A stretch of 58,858 nt of DNA from Planctomycetaceae bacterium. Lineage in GTDB: Bacteria > Planctomycetota > Planctomycetia > Planctomycetales > Planctomycetaceae. The position numbers and the translations under genes are program-made. The stretch's first letter is position 1; each line of letters starts with the position of its first letter. The notes under the pieces are model-generated. The model had not been told where the DNA came from. It was given only the letters and a program-made list of their open reading frames with translations, and did not search any database. The stretch spans positions 1-58,858 of the forward strand of contig JBAQZJ010000088.1 of assembly GCA_049790855.1 (NCBI GenBank). Reading direction: 5' to 3'. This document shows positions 51,210 to 58,858 of this stretch, in pieces.

Positions 51210-51273
51210 GATCGCTGGCAGCCCCGGCCAGATCAAAGGGTGTGAGAATGATCCGCTGCCGAACCGACAGGGA

Positions 51274-53634
51274 TCAGAAAATGCCTTTCCTGAGACGGCG
51301 TTGGCCGCGCATTCCCTGACGCCTCTCGCGTTGAATCTTCGATAGAGTAAGATTTCGGGACGAGGATTGGGGATTCGTCGTATCTGCCAACAGGGCTACT
51401 CCAAGAACTGAAGCCGCCACGGCGCAGCCCACGAGACCGTCGAGCCAGTGGTTGTCCGGCTGGCCGGGACGGGGCTTCCATTCATCGACGGTGCGGCCGC
51501 GGCCTTCGGTGCGGACGCGGTATTCGGCCGTGAGATGCTCGGCGAACAGCCGATGCGCCTCCGGCTGCTGGCCATAGAGCGCCAGCGACCCCTTGTCGGC
51601 CATCGCCACCGCCAGTCGCGCGAAGACGAACGACTTCCAGAAGTTCGTGTCGAACGAGACGTGCCGCACGGCCCGCTTGCCCATCACCCCCGGAATCCGC
51701 CAGTTGAGACCGGTCCGATCGCCCGGCCGCCGCTTGTAGTCGGCGAACGGCAGGCTCGAGGCGCCCACGAACCGCCCGTGACAAGGCAGCAGCACCGCCG
51801 CATGCGGCGACTGCCGGCAGAACTGGTAGACGACGTCGGTCGAGGTGCCCCAGTTCGCGTCGATCAGGCAGCGTTCGATACGGAACGAGGCCCCGTCCTC
51901 CCGCTGCCATTCCCGCGTCAGCTGCCGCTCGGTCAGCATCTGCAGACCGGCATAAATCGCACCTTCGAGTCCCGTGCCCGGCGCCGTTGAGGCCAGCGTC
52001 TTCGTGACGTCCCGGAGCGTGAAGTAGGCCCGCTGAGGATCGGGCCAGGCGCCGTATTCGAGCACCGCGCCGCTGAAGTCCTCGCCCCAGCCGCAGACGA
52101 CGTAGAACAGCACCTTCTGCTGGACGTCGATGAACATCGTCAGGTGCTGGCAGCCGAGCGGCACGCGGCCTTTCGGCAGTCCGTTGAGCTTGGCAGCGAT
52201 CTGGTCGGCGGTCAGCTCGTTTTCGTCGGCCTGCACCTCCGGCAGCGGCTCGTTCTGGTATTCCGCCCAGAAGGCCGCCTCGTCCTGGAGCTTGAGATTC
52301 ATCGCATGCTGGATCGCCGAGAGCTCGTCGTAGTTGAACCGCTCCGGCCAGGCGATCGCCGCTCCGGCATCCATCTCAATACGGTGCCGGCGATAGAACG
52401 CCGTCGCCGCCGCACCGCCGTCCTCGTTGCGGAGGCCCTCAGCCCGGATCTCGGCGTAACGGTCCCAGAGCTTCGTCTCGGTCGGGAAGGCATAGACCAT
52501 TCGCGTCCGTTCACCCTGCCAGGCGGGATGGTGATCCCGGTTGAGAATGCGGTCCGCCATGTCGCCGGGCCGGATCACGGTACAGGGCATGATCCCGGAG
52601 ATCTTGTGCCCTGGTCCGGCGAGGCCGAGGACGGCACCGGCGAGGATGCTCTCCCGCTGCTGACATTGGGAGACGGAGCGGGCAGACTCGTCCGTCTGCG
52701 GATCGTCGAGCACGACGAGCGACGGCCGAACGCTCTTGCCGTCGGGCCGTTTGAACTTCATCCCGCGAATGCGGCCGGTGATTCCCGCGACCTTGATGAT
52801 CGCGCCGCTGGCAAGCGTCCGGCCGTCGGGACGCACCAGCAGGCCGAGCCGTTCATCCTCGCTCCAGCCCTGCGGCACGAGCGTCGGCAGCACGATCGAC
52901 TTGGCCGTCCAGCCGATATGCGTGCGTTCTCCGGCATAGAGCTGGCCGCCCGCGCGATTCGCGATCCCGTCAAGCGCCTGGATCGGATGACAGACCTCGG
53001 GATAGTCCGCCAGCAGCAGGTCGTTCGCATCGAGTTCGGTCTTGATCGATTCGAGCATGTCCATCGCATGCCCTTCGTCGCTGCCGATCAGGCAGACGAA
53101 CTCGCGGTGGCCGTTGAGGACCGCCCAGATGCAGGCGCACTCGCAGATCGTCGTCTTCCCCGAGCCGCGCGGCATCGCCATCGCGAACAGGCCGCCGTGC
53201 AGCACGGCCTGTTCGATCTTGCGGAGCACCTTGAGATGGTCCGGGGACCAGGCGAGGTGAAACGACTGCGGAAAATAGGCCTCGCAGAAGAACTGGAAGT
53301 TCGTCGCTGCCTGTGATCGTCGTTCGATCGCCGCGATCGCCGGCAATCTGCCGATGTCGCGTCCCGTGGCGGAGAGTTCGGCGCTGCGCCGAGCCGCCCG
53401 GTCCTTGTGCTGCTCATAGGACGAGACGGCGGGAGAGGGCTTCGGATGGTGCCTCCGGCCCGCCAGCCAGGCGACGTAGCGAAACAGGTCGACGTGCCGC
53501 CCGTCGCCGATCCGGAAGCCGGCACGTTGCCGATCGCGATAGAGCTGCCGCTCGCTCGTCACCTCACCGAGCGGCGTCGAGTTGAGCAGCCGGACGAGTT
53601 CGCTCGGTTTGAGCTGCCGGGGATCAATCGCCAC
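51274..53634 (-). CDS. terL: Terminase large subunit (lambda GpA-like)
   Basis: 786 aa with Walker A AMPRGSGKTT. Overall GpA-type architecture, positioned upstream of a lambda-family portal. Confidence 0.85.
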   Translation of the reverse strand: MAIDPRQLKPSELVRLLNSTPLGEVTSERQLYRDRQRAGFRIGDGRHVDLFRYVAWLAGRRHHPKPSPAVSSYEQHKDRAARRSAELSATGRDIGRLPAIAAIERRSQAATNFQFFCEAYFPQSFHLAWSPDHLKVLRKIEQAVLHGGLFAMAMPRGSGKTTICECACIWAVLNGHREFVCLIGSDEGHAMDMLESIKTELDANDLLLADYPEVCHPIQALDGIANRAGGQLYAGERTHIGWTAKSIVLPTLVPQGWSEDERLGLLVRPDGRTLASGAIIKVAGITGRIRGMKFKRPDGKSVRPSLVVLDDPQTDESARSVSQCQQRESILAGAVLGLAGPGHKISGIMPCTVIRPGDMADRILNRDHHPAWQGERTRMVYAFPTETKLWDRYAEIRAEGLRNEDGGAAATAFYRRHRIEMDAGAAIAWPERFNYDELSAIQHAMNLKLQDEAAFWAEYQNEPLPEVQADENELTADQIAAKLNGLPKGRVPLGCQHLTMFIDVQQKVLFYVVCGWGEDFSGAVLEYGAWPDPQRAYFTLRDVTKTLASTAPGTGLEGAIYAGLQMLTERQLTREWQREDGASFRIERCLIDANWGTSTDVVYQFCRQSPHAAVLLPCHGRFVGASSLPFADYKRRPGDRTGLNWRIPGVMGKRAVRHVSFDTNFWKSFVFARLAVAMADKGSLALYGQQPEAHRLFAEHLTAEYRVRTEGRGRTVDEWKPRPGQPDNHWLDGLVGCAVAASVLGVALLADTTNPQSSSRNLTLSKIQRERRQGMRGQRRLRKGIF

Positions 53635-53836
53635 GCGCCGCCTCCAAGACGAGCCAGGCGGCGTAGCGGACGAGATTCAGCGTGCCGTCGCCGTTCATCG
53701 GGGCGCCGGCGGCGACGTCCGCTTCGAGCTGCTCGACCGTGATCGACCGGCCTCCGGCCTTCGAGAGCAGCTTCGCCGCGTCGGCGAGCGACAGCGCCGT
53801 CGGGCTGAGTCGGGGCTTCGACGGGGAATCGGTCAT
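53624..53836 (-). CDS. Nu1-like small terminase / DNA-binding wHTH protein
   Basis: MTDSPSKPRLSPTALSLADAAKLLSKAGGRSITVEQLEADVAAGAPMNGDGTLNLVRYAAWLV resembles the Nu1 N-terminal HTH. Overlaps the terL start by 11 nt. Confidence 0.5.
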   Translation of the reverse strand: MTDSPSKPRLSPTALSLADAAKLLSKAGGRSITVEQLEADVAAGAPMNGDGTLNLVRYAAWLVLEAARGD

Positions 53837-54090
53837 CGCCTGGTCATCCGACGTGATGTGTGAATCGCGGCGGCCGCGTGCCGCAACGTGCGGCGCCGTG
53901 CCGCCCGGTTCGCCGTTTCTTGGGGCTCGGGCCGCCTCGTCGTTCGCGGCCCGGCACGGGCCCACGACGGGCCGCGTCGCGGGTCATTGGAGTGACGGTC
54001 GCGTCCACCGCCACCCGCGTTTCGCCTGCAAAAACGCGGGTGTGACGCAAATGACGCCGGTTTCGGAATCTTCTGAAATCGGTCGCGAAC

Positions 54091-54186
54091 ATGGCTGGAT
54101 GTGTCTCGGAAATCATGGCTTACATGTGTCACACGCGGGACGCACGGGCAACCCGCCAACGAACACCGCCAGCGACGGAGAACACG
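54091..54186 (+). promoter_or_regulatory. Reiterated promoter/leader unit P1
   Basis: Core AATCATGGCTTACATG (54111-54126), a CGCGGGACGCA box, a C/A-rich leader and ACGGAGAACACG-ATG. The -35-like TGGATG is weaker than in P2/P3. Confidence 0.4.
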
Positions 54187-54387
54187 ATGTACGAGACCTT
54201 CCAGGACGCGATTCGCGAGAACCTGACGCCGGCGGCGGTCGCTGCGATCGCTTGCCAGCTGCGATCGATCGACATCCCCAGCAACCGCGAAGTCGAAGGC
54301 GAGGTGAACGTCCTTGCCAAGGTGCTGATCGCGATGCTGGGGGCCGATGAATACAGCCGCCTCGTCGAAGACGAACTGGGATGGTGA
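54187..54387 (+). CDS. Small phage protein (66 aa)
   Basis: GGAGA SD, strong GC3 bias, MYETFQDAIRENL... Confidence 0.5.
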   Translation: MYETFQDAIRENLTPAAVAAIACQLRSIDIPSNREVEGEVNVLAKVLIAMLGADEYSRLVEDELGW

Positions 54388-54477
54388 GCCGAAACGCCCG
54401 CCCGGGCGTCGCGGCGGACCGGTTCCCGCCGCCTGACGATGGCAGCCGACCATCCCTCCCCGACGAAAGGACGACCG

Positions 54478-54747
54478 ATGCCCGCGAACCTGACCGCGAC
54501 CGAGCGCCGAGTGACCCGCGAAGCAGCGCAGGCGCTCGTCGGCCGCACTATCCGACGCGTGTTCTACCTGCCCGCCCGCACAGCGGACGACTTGTACTGG
54601 GACCACCGGCCGCTCGTCCTCGAGTTTGACGACGGTACGACGCTCTACGCCGCTTGCGACGAGGAGGGGAACGACGCCGGGGCCATGTTCGTCGATCGGG
54701 GGCCGCACTTCCTCTGCCTCGGACGCCTGCCGGTCGAGGGGAGGTGA
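54478..54747 (+). CDS. Small phage protein (89 aa)
   Basis: AAAGGA SD 7 nt upstream of the ATG at 54478. GC3 bias. Confidence 0.5.
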   Translation: MPANLTATERRVTREAAQALVGRTIRRVFYLPARTADDLYWDHRPLVLEFDDGTTLYAACDEEGNDAGAMFVDRGPHFLCLGRLPVEGR

Positions 54748-54750
54748 GCC

Positions 54751-55515
54751 GTGCCCGCCCTGTTGCATTTGCCGCCCGGCACGCGGTTCCGACAGCCCGA
54801 CCTGGGTCTGATCGGAACGCTGGTGCGGGTCAATGAGTGCTGCGCGATGGTCCGCGTCGACCAGCCCGAGCGCCTCGTCGCCATTCGCGGCAAGGGCGGC
54901 GCGACGCGGGAATTCTTCGCGCACCGGTCCACGCTCGTGGCGTGGACCCCGTCCGTGCGGGTCTTGCCTTTGGGGCAGACTCGCGTTGTTCCACCCCGTA
55001 ACGAAGGAGACGACACGATGGCGACGACCAAATCTCAGACGACCAGGAAGTCCTCCGCGAAATCGGCGGCCACGAAGACGACGCCGGCCAAGGCCACGAA
55101 ACCGACCAAGGCGAAATCCGGAAGCACCGAACGCAAACTCAGTGCCCTCGACGCGGCGGCGAAGCTGCTCGGCGAGGTGAACGCCCCGCTCACGGCGAAG
55201 GAGATGATCGAGACAATGGCCGCCCGCGGCTACTGGACCAGCCCCGGCGGCAAGACGCCGGAGGCGACGCTCTACGCCGCGATCATTCGTGAGATCGCGA
55301 AGAAGGGCAGCGACGCCCGGTTCCGGAAGCACGACCGAGGGCGGTTCGTGGCCAGCGCCGCACCCACCGCCAAGGCCAAGCCCGCCCCTACCAAGGCCCC
55401 GGCGAAGAAGCCCACCGCGAAGAAGCCCGCGAAGAAGACCACGACGAAATCGAAAACTGCGCCGGCCGACGGCACGGCGGGGCCGAAGGCCGTTTCCGAC
55501 CTGTTCAAGATCTGA
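54751..55515 (+). CDS. HARE-HTH-like DNA-binding protein with Lys/Ala/Pro-rich histone-H1-like tails (possibly two nested products)
   Basis: LSALDAAAKLLGEVNAPLTAKEMIETMAARGYWTSPGGKTPEATLYAAIIREIAKKGSDARF fits HARE-HTH. It is flanked by KSSAKSAATKTTPAKATKPTKAK and AKAKPAPTKAPAKKPTAKKPAKKTTTKSK. An in-frame internal ATG at 55018 has a strong AAGGAG SD. Confidence 0.6.
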   Translation: MPALLHLPPGTRFRQPDLGLIGTLVRVNECCAMVRVDQPERLVAIRGKGGATREFFAHRSTLVAWTPSVRVLPLGQTRVVPPRNEGDDTMATTKSQTTRKSSAKSAATKTTPAKATKPTKAKSGSTERKLSALDAAAKLLGEVNAPLTAKEMIETMAARGYWTSPGGKTPEATLYAAIIREIAKKGSDARFRKHDRGRFVASAAPTAKAKPAPTKAPAKKPTAKKPAKKTTTKSKTAPADGTAGPKAVSDLFKI

Positions 55516-55524
55516 GGGATCACC

Positions 55525-55713
55525 ATGACCACCGAACAACGAATCGCCGATGCCATTCGTGTCGTCGGCCTGAAGCTCGAAATGGCGATCGAAGAGGGCC
55601 ACCGGTCGAGCCACATCGACGCGAGCGACCTTCTGGAAGCGCTGTTCGCGGTCGCCGACGAACTCGACCCGCCGCTGGCGGAACCGCAAATGTCGGATCA
55701 ACCGTCGGATTGA
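55525..55713 (+). CDS. Small acidic phage protein (62 aa)
   Basis: GAGGGA SD, GC3 bias. Confidence 0.45.
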   Translation: MTTEQRIADAIRVVGLKLEMAIEEGHRSSHIDASDLLEALFAVADELDPPLAEPQMSDQPSD

Positions 55714-55740
55714 TCGCCGCCCGCGGGTTCCCCGCGGCAA

Positions 55741-55770
55741 CGCCCCACGGTTCGCCCGTGTGGGCGTTTT
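55741..55770 (+). terminator. Rho-independent terminator (copy 1 of a repeated unit)
   Basis: CGCCCCACGG-TTCG-CCCGTGTGGGCG followed by TTTT, then CTCGTG as in copy 2. Confidence 0.6.
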
Positions 55771-55920
55771 CTCGTGATCACGGCCGTTCCATCGCCGGTG
55801 GGAAAAGGACGCGGCACGGGGCGACGTGGGCGATTCCCGGCCGGGATTCTCGATCGCGCGAACGCGCGTTCGGCCAGCGAATTTCCACGCCGAAAGAACT
55901 TTCCGGAAATCCGAAAAAAC

Positions 55921-56022
55921 ATGGGAACGTCGGCTTGAGGCTGGTTCAGAATCATGGCTTACATGGGACATACGCGGAACGCAAACGAAAACGAACACGC
56001 CAACCAACGCACGGAGACGACC
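55921..56022 (+). promoter_or_regulatory. Reiterated promoter/leader unit P2
   Basis: TTGAGG (55935-55940), 17 nt, then CTTACA (55958-55963) inside the core AATCATGGCTTACATG. CGCGGAACGCA box, C/A-rich leader and ACGGAGACGACC-ATG. Confidence 0.45.
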
Positions 56023-56235
56023 ATGACCAACGCCGACCTCGCCCGCCTGACGGGATTCACCAACCTCGATCGGATCGCCCATCGCCCCGACCGCCTCGAG
56101 CAGGCGATCGCCTTCGCCGGAGCGAAGCTCGACAGGCTCGAACCGAGTGTTCCGCTGCGGATCAAAGCCGCCCTCGCCGAATACGCGAAGCGGGCCACGC
56201 ACCTGCTCGAAACCCCCGAACGCTACGACGACTGA
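56023..56235 (+). CDS. Small phage protein (70 aa)
   Basis: GGAGA SD, GC3 bias, MTNADLARLTGF... Confidence 0.5.
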   Translation: MTNADLARLTGFTNLDRIAHRPDRLEQAIAFAGAKLDRLEPSVPLRIKAALAEYAKRATHLLETPERYDD

Positions 56236-56265
56236 AAACCACGAACCACCACACGGGAGCACGCC

Positions 56266-56487
56266 ATGCGCAACGTCACCATCATGGGAATCGAGTACGA
56301 CCGCCCGATCGACGCCGTGGACGCCTTGTTCTTCTACCCCGGCCGCGCGATTACCATCGGCGGCAAACATCTCATCGTCTCCGAAGAGGAATACGCCCGC
56401 ATTGAAAGCCTCGACTTGCAACCGGCACTCTGGTCCCGGAGCACGAAACACGGCGGTCTGATGTGCGTTCCGGGCAGGCACGGTTGA
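56266..56487 (+). CDS. Small phage protein (73 aa)
   Basis: GGGAG SD, GC3 bias. Confidence 0.5.
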   Translation: MRNVTIMGIEYDRPIDAVDALFFYPGRAITIGGKHLIVSEEEYARIESLDLQPALWSRSTKHGGLMCVPGRHG

Positions 56488-56508
56488 ACCTCGAACCTGG
56501 ACGGCCGA

Positions 56509-56538
56509 CGCCCCACGTTTCGCACGTGCGGGCGTTTT
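56509..56538 (+). terminator. Rho-independent terminator (copy 2 of the repeated unit)
   Basis: CGCCCCACG-TTTCG-CACGTGCGGGCG followed by TTTT and CTCGTG. Confidence 0.6.
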
Positions 56539-56670
56539 CTCGTGGGACGGGGAATCCGTCGCCCCGGCGGAAACGCCCCGACGTGGGCGAACGTGGGCGA
56601 CTCCACGTCGCGTCGGCGCGGTGGCCAGGAACGGGAGCATGCCGCCTCGGTGAGGACGGTCCTGATTCTG

Positions 56671-56772
56671 GAAAATCATGCGCAATGCGGCTTGAGCCGT
56701 TCGGGAACGCATGGCTTCATGTGCATGTCGCGTCGAACGCGCCCCCAAGGAAACCTCGAACGGAAGACGATC
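56671..56772 (+). promoter_or_regulatory. Reiterated promoter/leader unit P3
   Basis: TTGAGC (56692-56697), 17 nt, then CTTCAT (56715-56720). GCATGGCTTCATGTGCATG core variant, C/A-rich leader and ACGGAAGACGATC-ATG. Confidence 0.45.
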
Positions 56773-56964
56773 ATGACCCAGCACACCCTGGAACGCATCG
56801 CCGAATACATCCGAAGTAGCGATCTCCCCCGGAAGGAGCAGAAGCTCGACGGACTGCGGGCGGCGTACTACAAGCGACGTAACCTCACGCTCGTGGGCGA
56901 CGTGCTGATGCATGACGGCATCGCGATCGACCCGTCCGAGCTGGAAAACGGGTATTGGCTGTAA
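56773..56964 (+). CDS. Small phage protein (63 aa)
   Basis: SD-like GGAAGA, GC3 bias, MTQHTLERIAEYIRSSDLPRKEQ... Confidence 0.5.
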   Translation: MTQHTLERIAEYIRSSDLPRKEQKLDGLRAAYYKRRNLTLVGDVLMHDGIAIDPSELENGYWL

Positions 56965-57020
56965 TCCCGGTCGCCGATCCTCCCGCGGAGTCCTCGGCGA
57001 TCGTGTGTTCCGTTCCGGCA

Positions 57021-58322
57021 TCATTCGCCCCCGACCCGTTCCGCTTTCCGCCCGGTGAACTGCTCGTAGCGCTGGACGATCACGTCGCAGTAGAGCGGGT
57101 CGAGTTCCATCAGGAGCGCCTTCCGGCTCGTCTGTTCGGCTCCGATCAGCGTGCTCCCCGAGCCGCCGAACAGGTCGAGGACGTGCTCGCCGGGACGCGA
57201 GGAGTACTGCATTGCCCGCACGGCCAGCTCCACCGGCTTCTCGGTGAGATGGACCATGCTCTGCGGGTTGACCTTCTTGACGTGCCACAGGTCGGTCGCG
57301 TTGTTGGGCCCGAAGAACGCATGGCCCGCCCCCTCCTTCCAGCCGTAGAAGCACCACTCGTGCGCGCCCATATAATCTTTGCGCGTTAATACCGGATGCT
57401 GCTTGTCCCAGATGATCGCCTGGGAGAAGTAGAGGCCGTGCTTTTTGAGGAACGGCGGGTAGTTCGCGCAGTTCGCATAGCCGCCCCAGATGTAGAAGCC
57501 GCGGCCGGCCACGAGCACCCGCGCGGCGTTGCCGAACCAGACGTCGAGCAGCCGATCGAACTCTTCGTCGCTGACGAAGTCGTTCGCGAGCGGCCGGTCC
57601 TTGGCCCGCAGTTTTTTGCCGGTCGGTTTCGCCTTCTCGGGATGCCGTTCGACGTCCAGCTTCTGGTGATGCGTCGTCCCCTGGAACGACGACAGGCCGG
57701 CGGCGATGGCGTTGTTGCTCCGCGGCTCGACTTTCACGTTGTAAGGCGGGTCCATATTGACGAGATGAATCGGCTCGCCGTCGAGCAGCCGGTCGAGATC
57801 GTCAATGCTGCCGCTGTCGCCGCAAAGCAGACGGTGCTCGCCGAGCAGCCACAGGTCGCCCAGTTGCGTGATCGCCTCGTCGGGCGGCGCGGGCACCTCG
57901 TCCGGATCGCAGTTTCCCTCCTTCAATTCCGGATTGAGGATCTTGTTCAGCTCATCGGGATCGAAACCGAGCAGGTCGAGATCGAAGTCGAGGCCCTGCA
58001 GGTCGGCGAGTTCGATGGGGAGCAGATCGTAGTTCCAGTCGGCAATCGTCGCCGTCTGGTTGTCGGCGATGCGGTAGGCCTTGATCTGCGCCGGCGTGAG
58101 ATCCTTGGCGACATGCACCGGCACTTTTTCCATGCCAAGCTGCTGGGCGGCCTTGTAGCGGGTGTGACCGACGATGATTACGCCTTCCTCGTCGACGACG
58201 ATCGGCTGGCGAAAGCCGAACTCGCGGATCGAGGCCACGACCGCCGCGACAGCGTCGTCGTTGAGACGGGGGTTGTTTTCGTAGGGACGGATCGACGTGA
58301 GGGAACGCAGTTCGATCTGCAT
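57021..58322 (-). CDS. ParB-like nuclease domain fused to an N6-adenine/N4-cytosine DNA methyltransferase
   Basis: N-terminal ParB/Srx-like (IRPYENNPRLNDDAVAAVVASIREFGFRQPIVVDEEGVIIVGHTRYKAA). MTase motif IV NMDPPYN and motif I VLDLFGGSGSTLI. Homology starts at MQIELRS (ATG 58322). Confidence 0.85.
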   Translation of the reverse strand: MQIELRSLTSIRPYENNPRLNDDAVAAVVASIREFGFRQPIVVDEEGVIIVGHTRYKAAQQLGMEKVPVHVAKDLTPAQIKAYRIADNQTATIADWNYDLLPIELADLQGLDFDLDLLGFDPDELNKILNPELKEGNCDPDEVPAPPDEAITQLGDLWLLGEHRLLCGDSGSIDDLDRLLDGEPIHLVNMDPPYNVKVEPRSNNAIAAGLSSFQGTTHHQKLDVERHPEKAKPTGKKLRAKDRPLANDFVSDEEFDRLLDVWFGNAARVLVAGRGFYIWGGYANCANYPPFLKKHGLYFSQAIIWDKQHPVLTRKDYMGAHEWCFYGWKEGAGHAFFGPNNATDLWHVKKVNPQSMVHLTEKPVELAVRAMQYSSRPGEHVLDLFGGSGSTLIGAEQTSRKALLMELDPLYCDVIVQRYEQFTGRKAERVGGE

Positions 58323-58341
58323 GCGGGGTTCTCCGGGACGG

Positions 58342-58593
58342 TCAGGCGTGATCGGGGGTGTCGTCAATCGGCATCGGAAACGAACACGGGTCCGTCGTTT
58401 CGAGGTCGGCCTCGAGCCGCCGGAGCCGACGCCACTCGCGGAGCGGCACGAGGATGACCTCGGCCCGCCGGTAGCGGCGGACAATCACCGGTTCGCCGGA
58501 CCGGGCGACCTGGCGGACCGTGAAGCCCAGCGATCCCCGCAGTTCGGTGACGCCGACCTCGAACTCGAACGACGATTCCCGGTCGCGGGCCAT
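58342..58593 (-). CDS. Phd/YefM-type antitoxin-like small protein (no cognate toxin seen)
   Basis: ELRGSLGFTVRQVARSGEPVIVRRYRRAEVILVPLREWRRL fits the prevent-host-death antitoxin N-domain. It sits directly upstream of the ParB-methyltransferase. Confidence 0.6.
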   Translation of the reverse strand: MARDRESSFEFEVGVTELRGSLGFTVRQVARSGEPVIVRRYRRAEVILVPLREWRRLRRLEADLETTDPCSFPMPIDDTPDHA

Positions 58594-58858
58594 CGGACAT
58601 TCCGGTCCTGTACAAGAAAGAAAGTCAGCCCCATTCCGCGACGGTTCCCCGTGGCGTAACCTATTTCTGCGTCAAGGGAAGGAACCATTCCCCGTAACGT
58701 AAGTCTCGATCCTTATGTTGCAGACCAGGAGGCTCCTGAGCAGCGATCAGGATCTGCGCATCCGGCCGCTCCTTGCCGTCGTCCGAAGTGTGCTGGGACG
58801 ACACCCATGCTGGGACAACTCGCAACTGACTTTCCGACGGCTGCTGGTGGGTGGTGGG

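Larger units (their letters stand above)
33877..58858. mobile_element. Prophage or prophage remnant: lambda-like packaging/head module plus siphovirus tail module, boundaries unresolved
   Basis: Contiguous minus-strand late operon (Nu1-like, TerL, W-like, portal, protease-MCP, decoration, connectors, tail tube, chaperones, TMP, tip proteins) plus plus-strand small genes and a ParB-methyltransferase. No integrase, att, lysis or replication genes are seen in the window. The left edge may include the glycosyltransferases down to ~30269, and the right edge may lie beyond the window. Confidence 0.8.

Noticed and set aside
54091-54186. ORF starts MAGCVSEIMAYMCHTRD / MAYMGHTRN (54091, 55954) suggesting conserved small peptides
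   Set aside because: The conserved ATGGCTTACATG is part of the reiterated promoter core. The downstream SD-preceded ATGs (54187, 56023) give the real protein-like sequences.
53833-57357. 1174-aa minus-strand ORF, the largest in the phage region
   Set aside because: It has an Arg/Gly/Pro-rich low-complexity translation. It runs antisense across seven plus-strand genes with good SD sites and GC3 bias, and across repeated promoter/terminator units. This is a typical high-GC shadow frame.

Overview
High-GC chromosomal window that looks planctomycetal: four DUF1559/prepilin-like paralogs, a CRTAC1(ASPIC/UnbV)+TPR+multihaem cluster, a GYF_2 protein and a giant EF-hand protein. Layout: (i) 0-12 kb core genes (RluA-family pseudouridine synthase, TauE/SafE, yefM-yoeB, VOC, ATP sulfurylase). 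(ii) 12.0-12.95 kb gene-poor stretch with terminator hairpins. (iii) ~13.5-20 kb, by eye a lower-GC accessory block that begins inside a truncated GT-C glycosyltransferase. (iv) 20-34 kb surface/glycan block: DUF1559s, a 1.4k-aa EF-hand protein, a DUF1559-FGE fusion, a HasA-like synthase and two multidomain glycosyltransferases. (v) 33.9-58.6+ kb prophage with a lambda-like head module and a siphovirus tail: Nu1-like, GpA-type TerL, W-like, lambda-family portal, protease-MCP fusion, DUF2190, connectors, TP901-type tail tube, chaperone pair, tape measure and two tip proteins. The main candidate for a new system is a five-gene, translationally coupled, opposite-strand cassette at 47.4-50.6 kb: carrier-protein-like, XRE, ImmA/IrrE peptidase, thymidylate-synthase-fold protein and MazG-like protein. 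It sits exactly at the terminase|W-portal junction. Other notable signals: an exported thioredoxin-like plus Cys-peptidase-like pair inside the head-tail genes; a Cys-rich repeat tail-tip protein coupled to glycosyltransferases; and a family of heptamer-array hairpins followed by G-free CCCACAT leaders directly before start codons. One heptamer element is embedded in-frame in the protease-MCP fusion. There are also three reiterated promoter/leader units and a likely -1 frameshift in the tail chaperone. No rRNA, tRNA, CRISPR array, transposase or integrase was recognised. Many long Arg-rich ORFs in the track are high-GC shadow frames.
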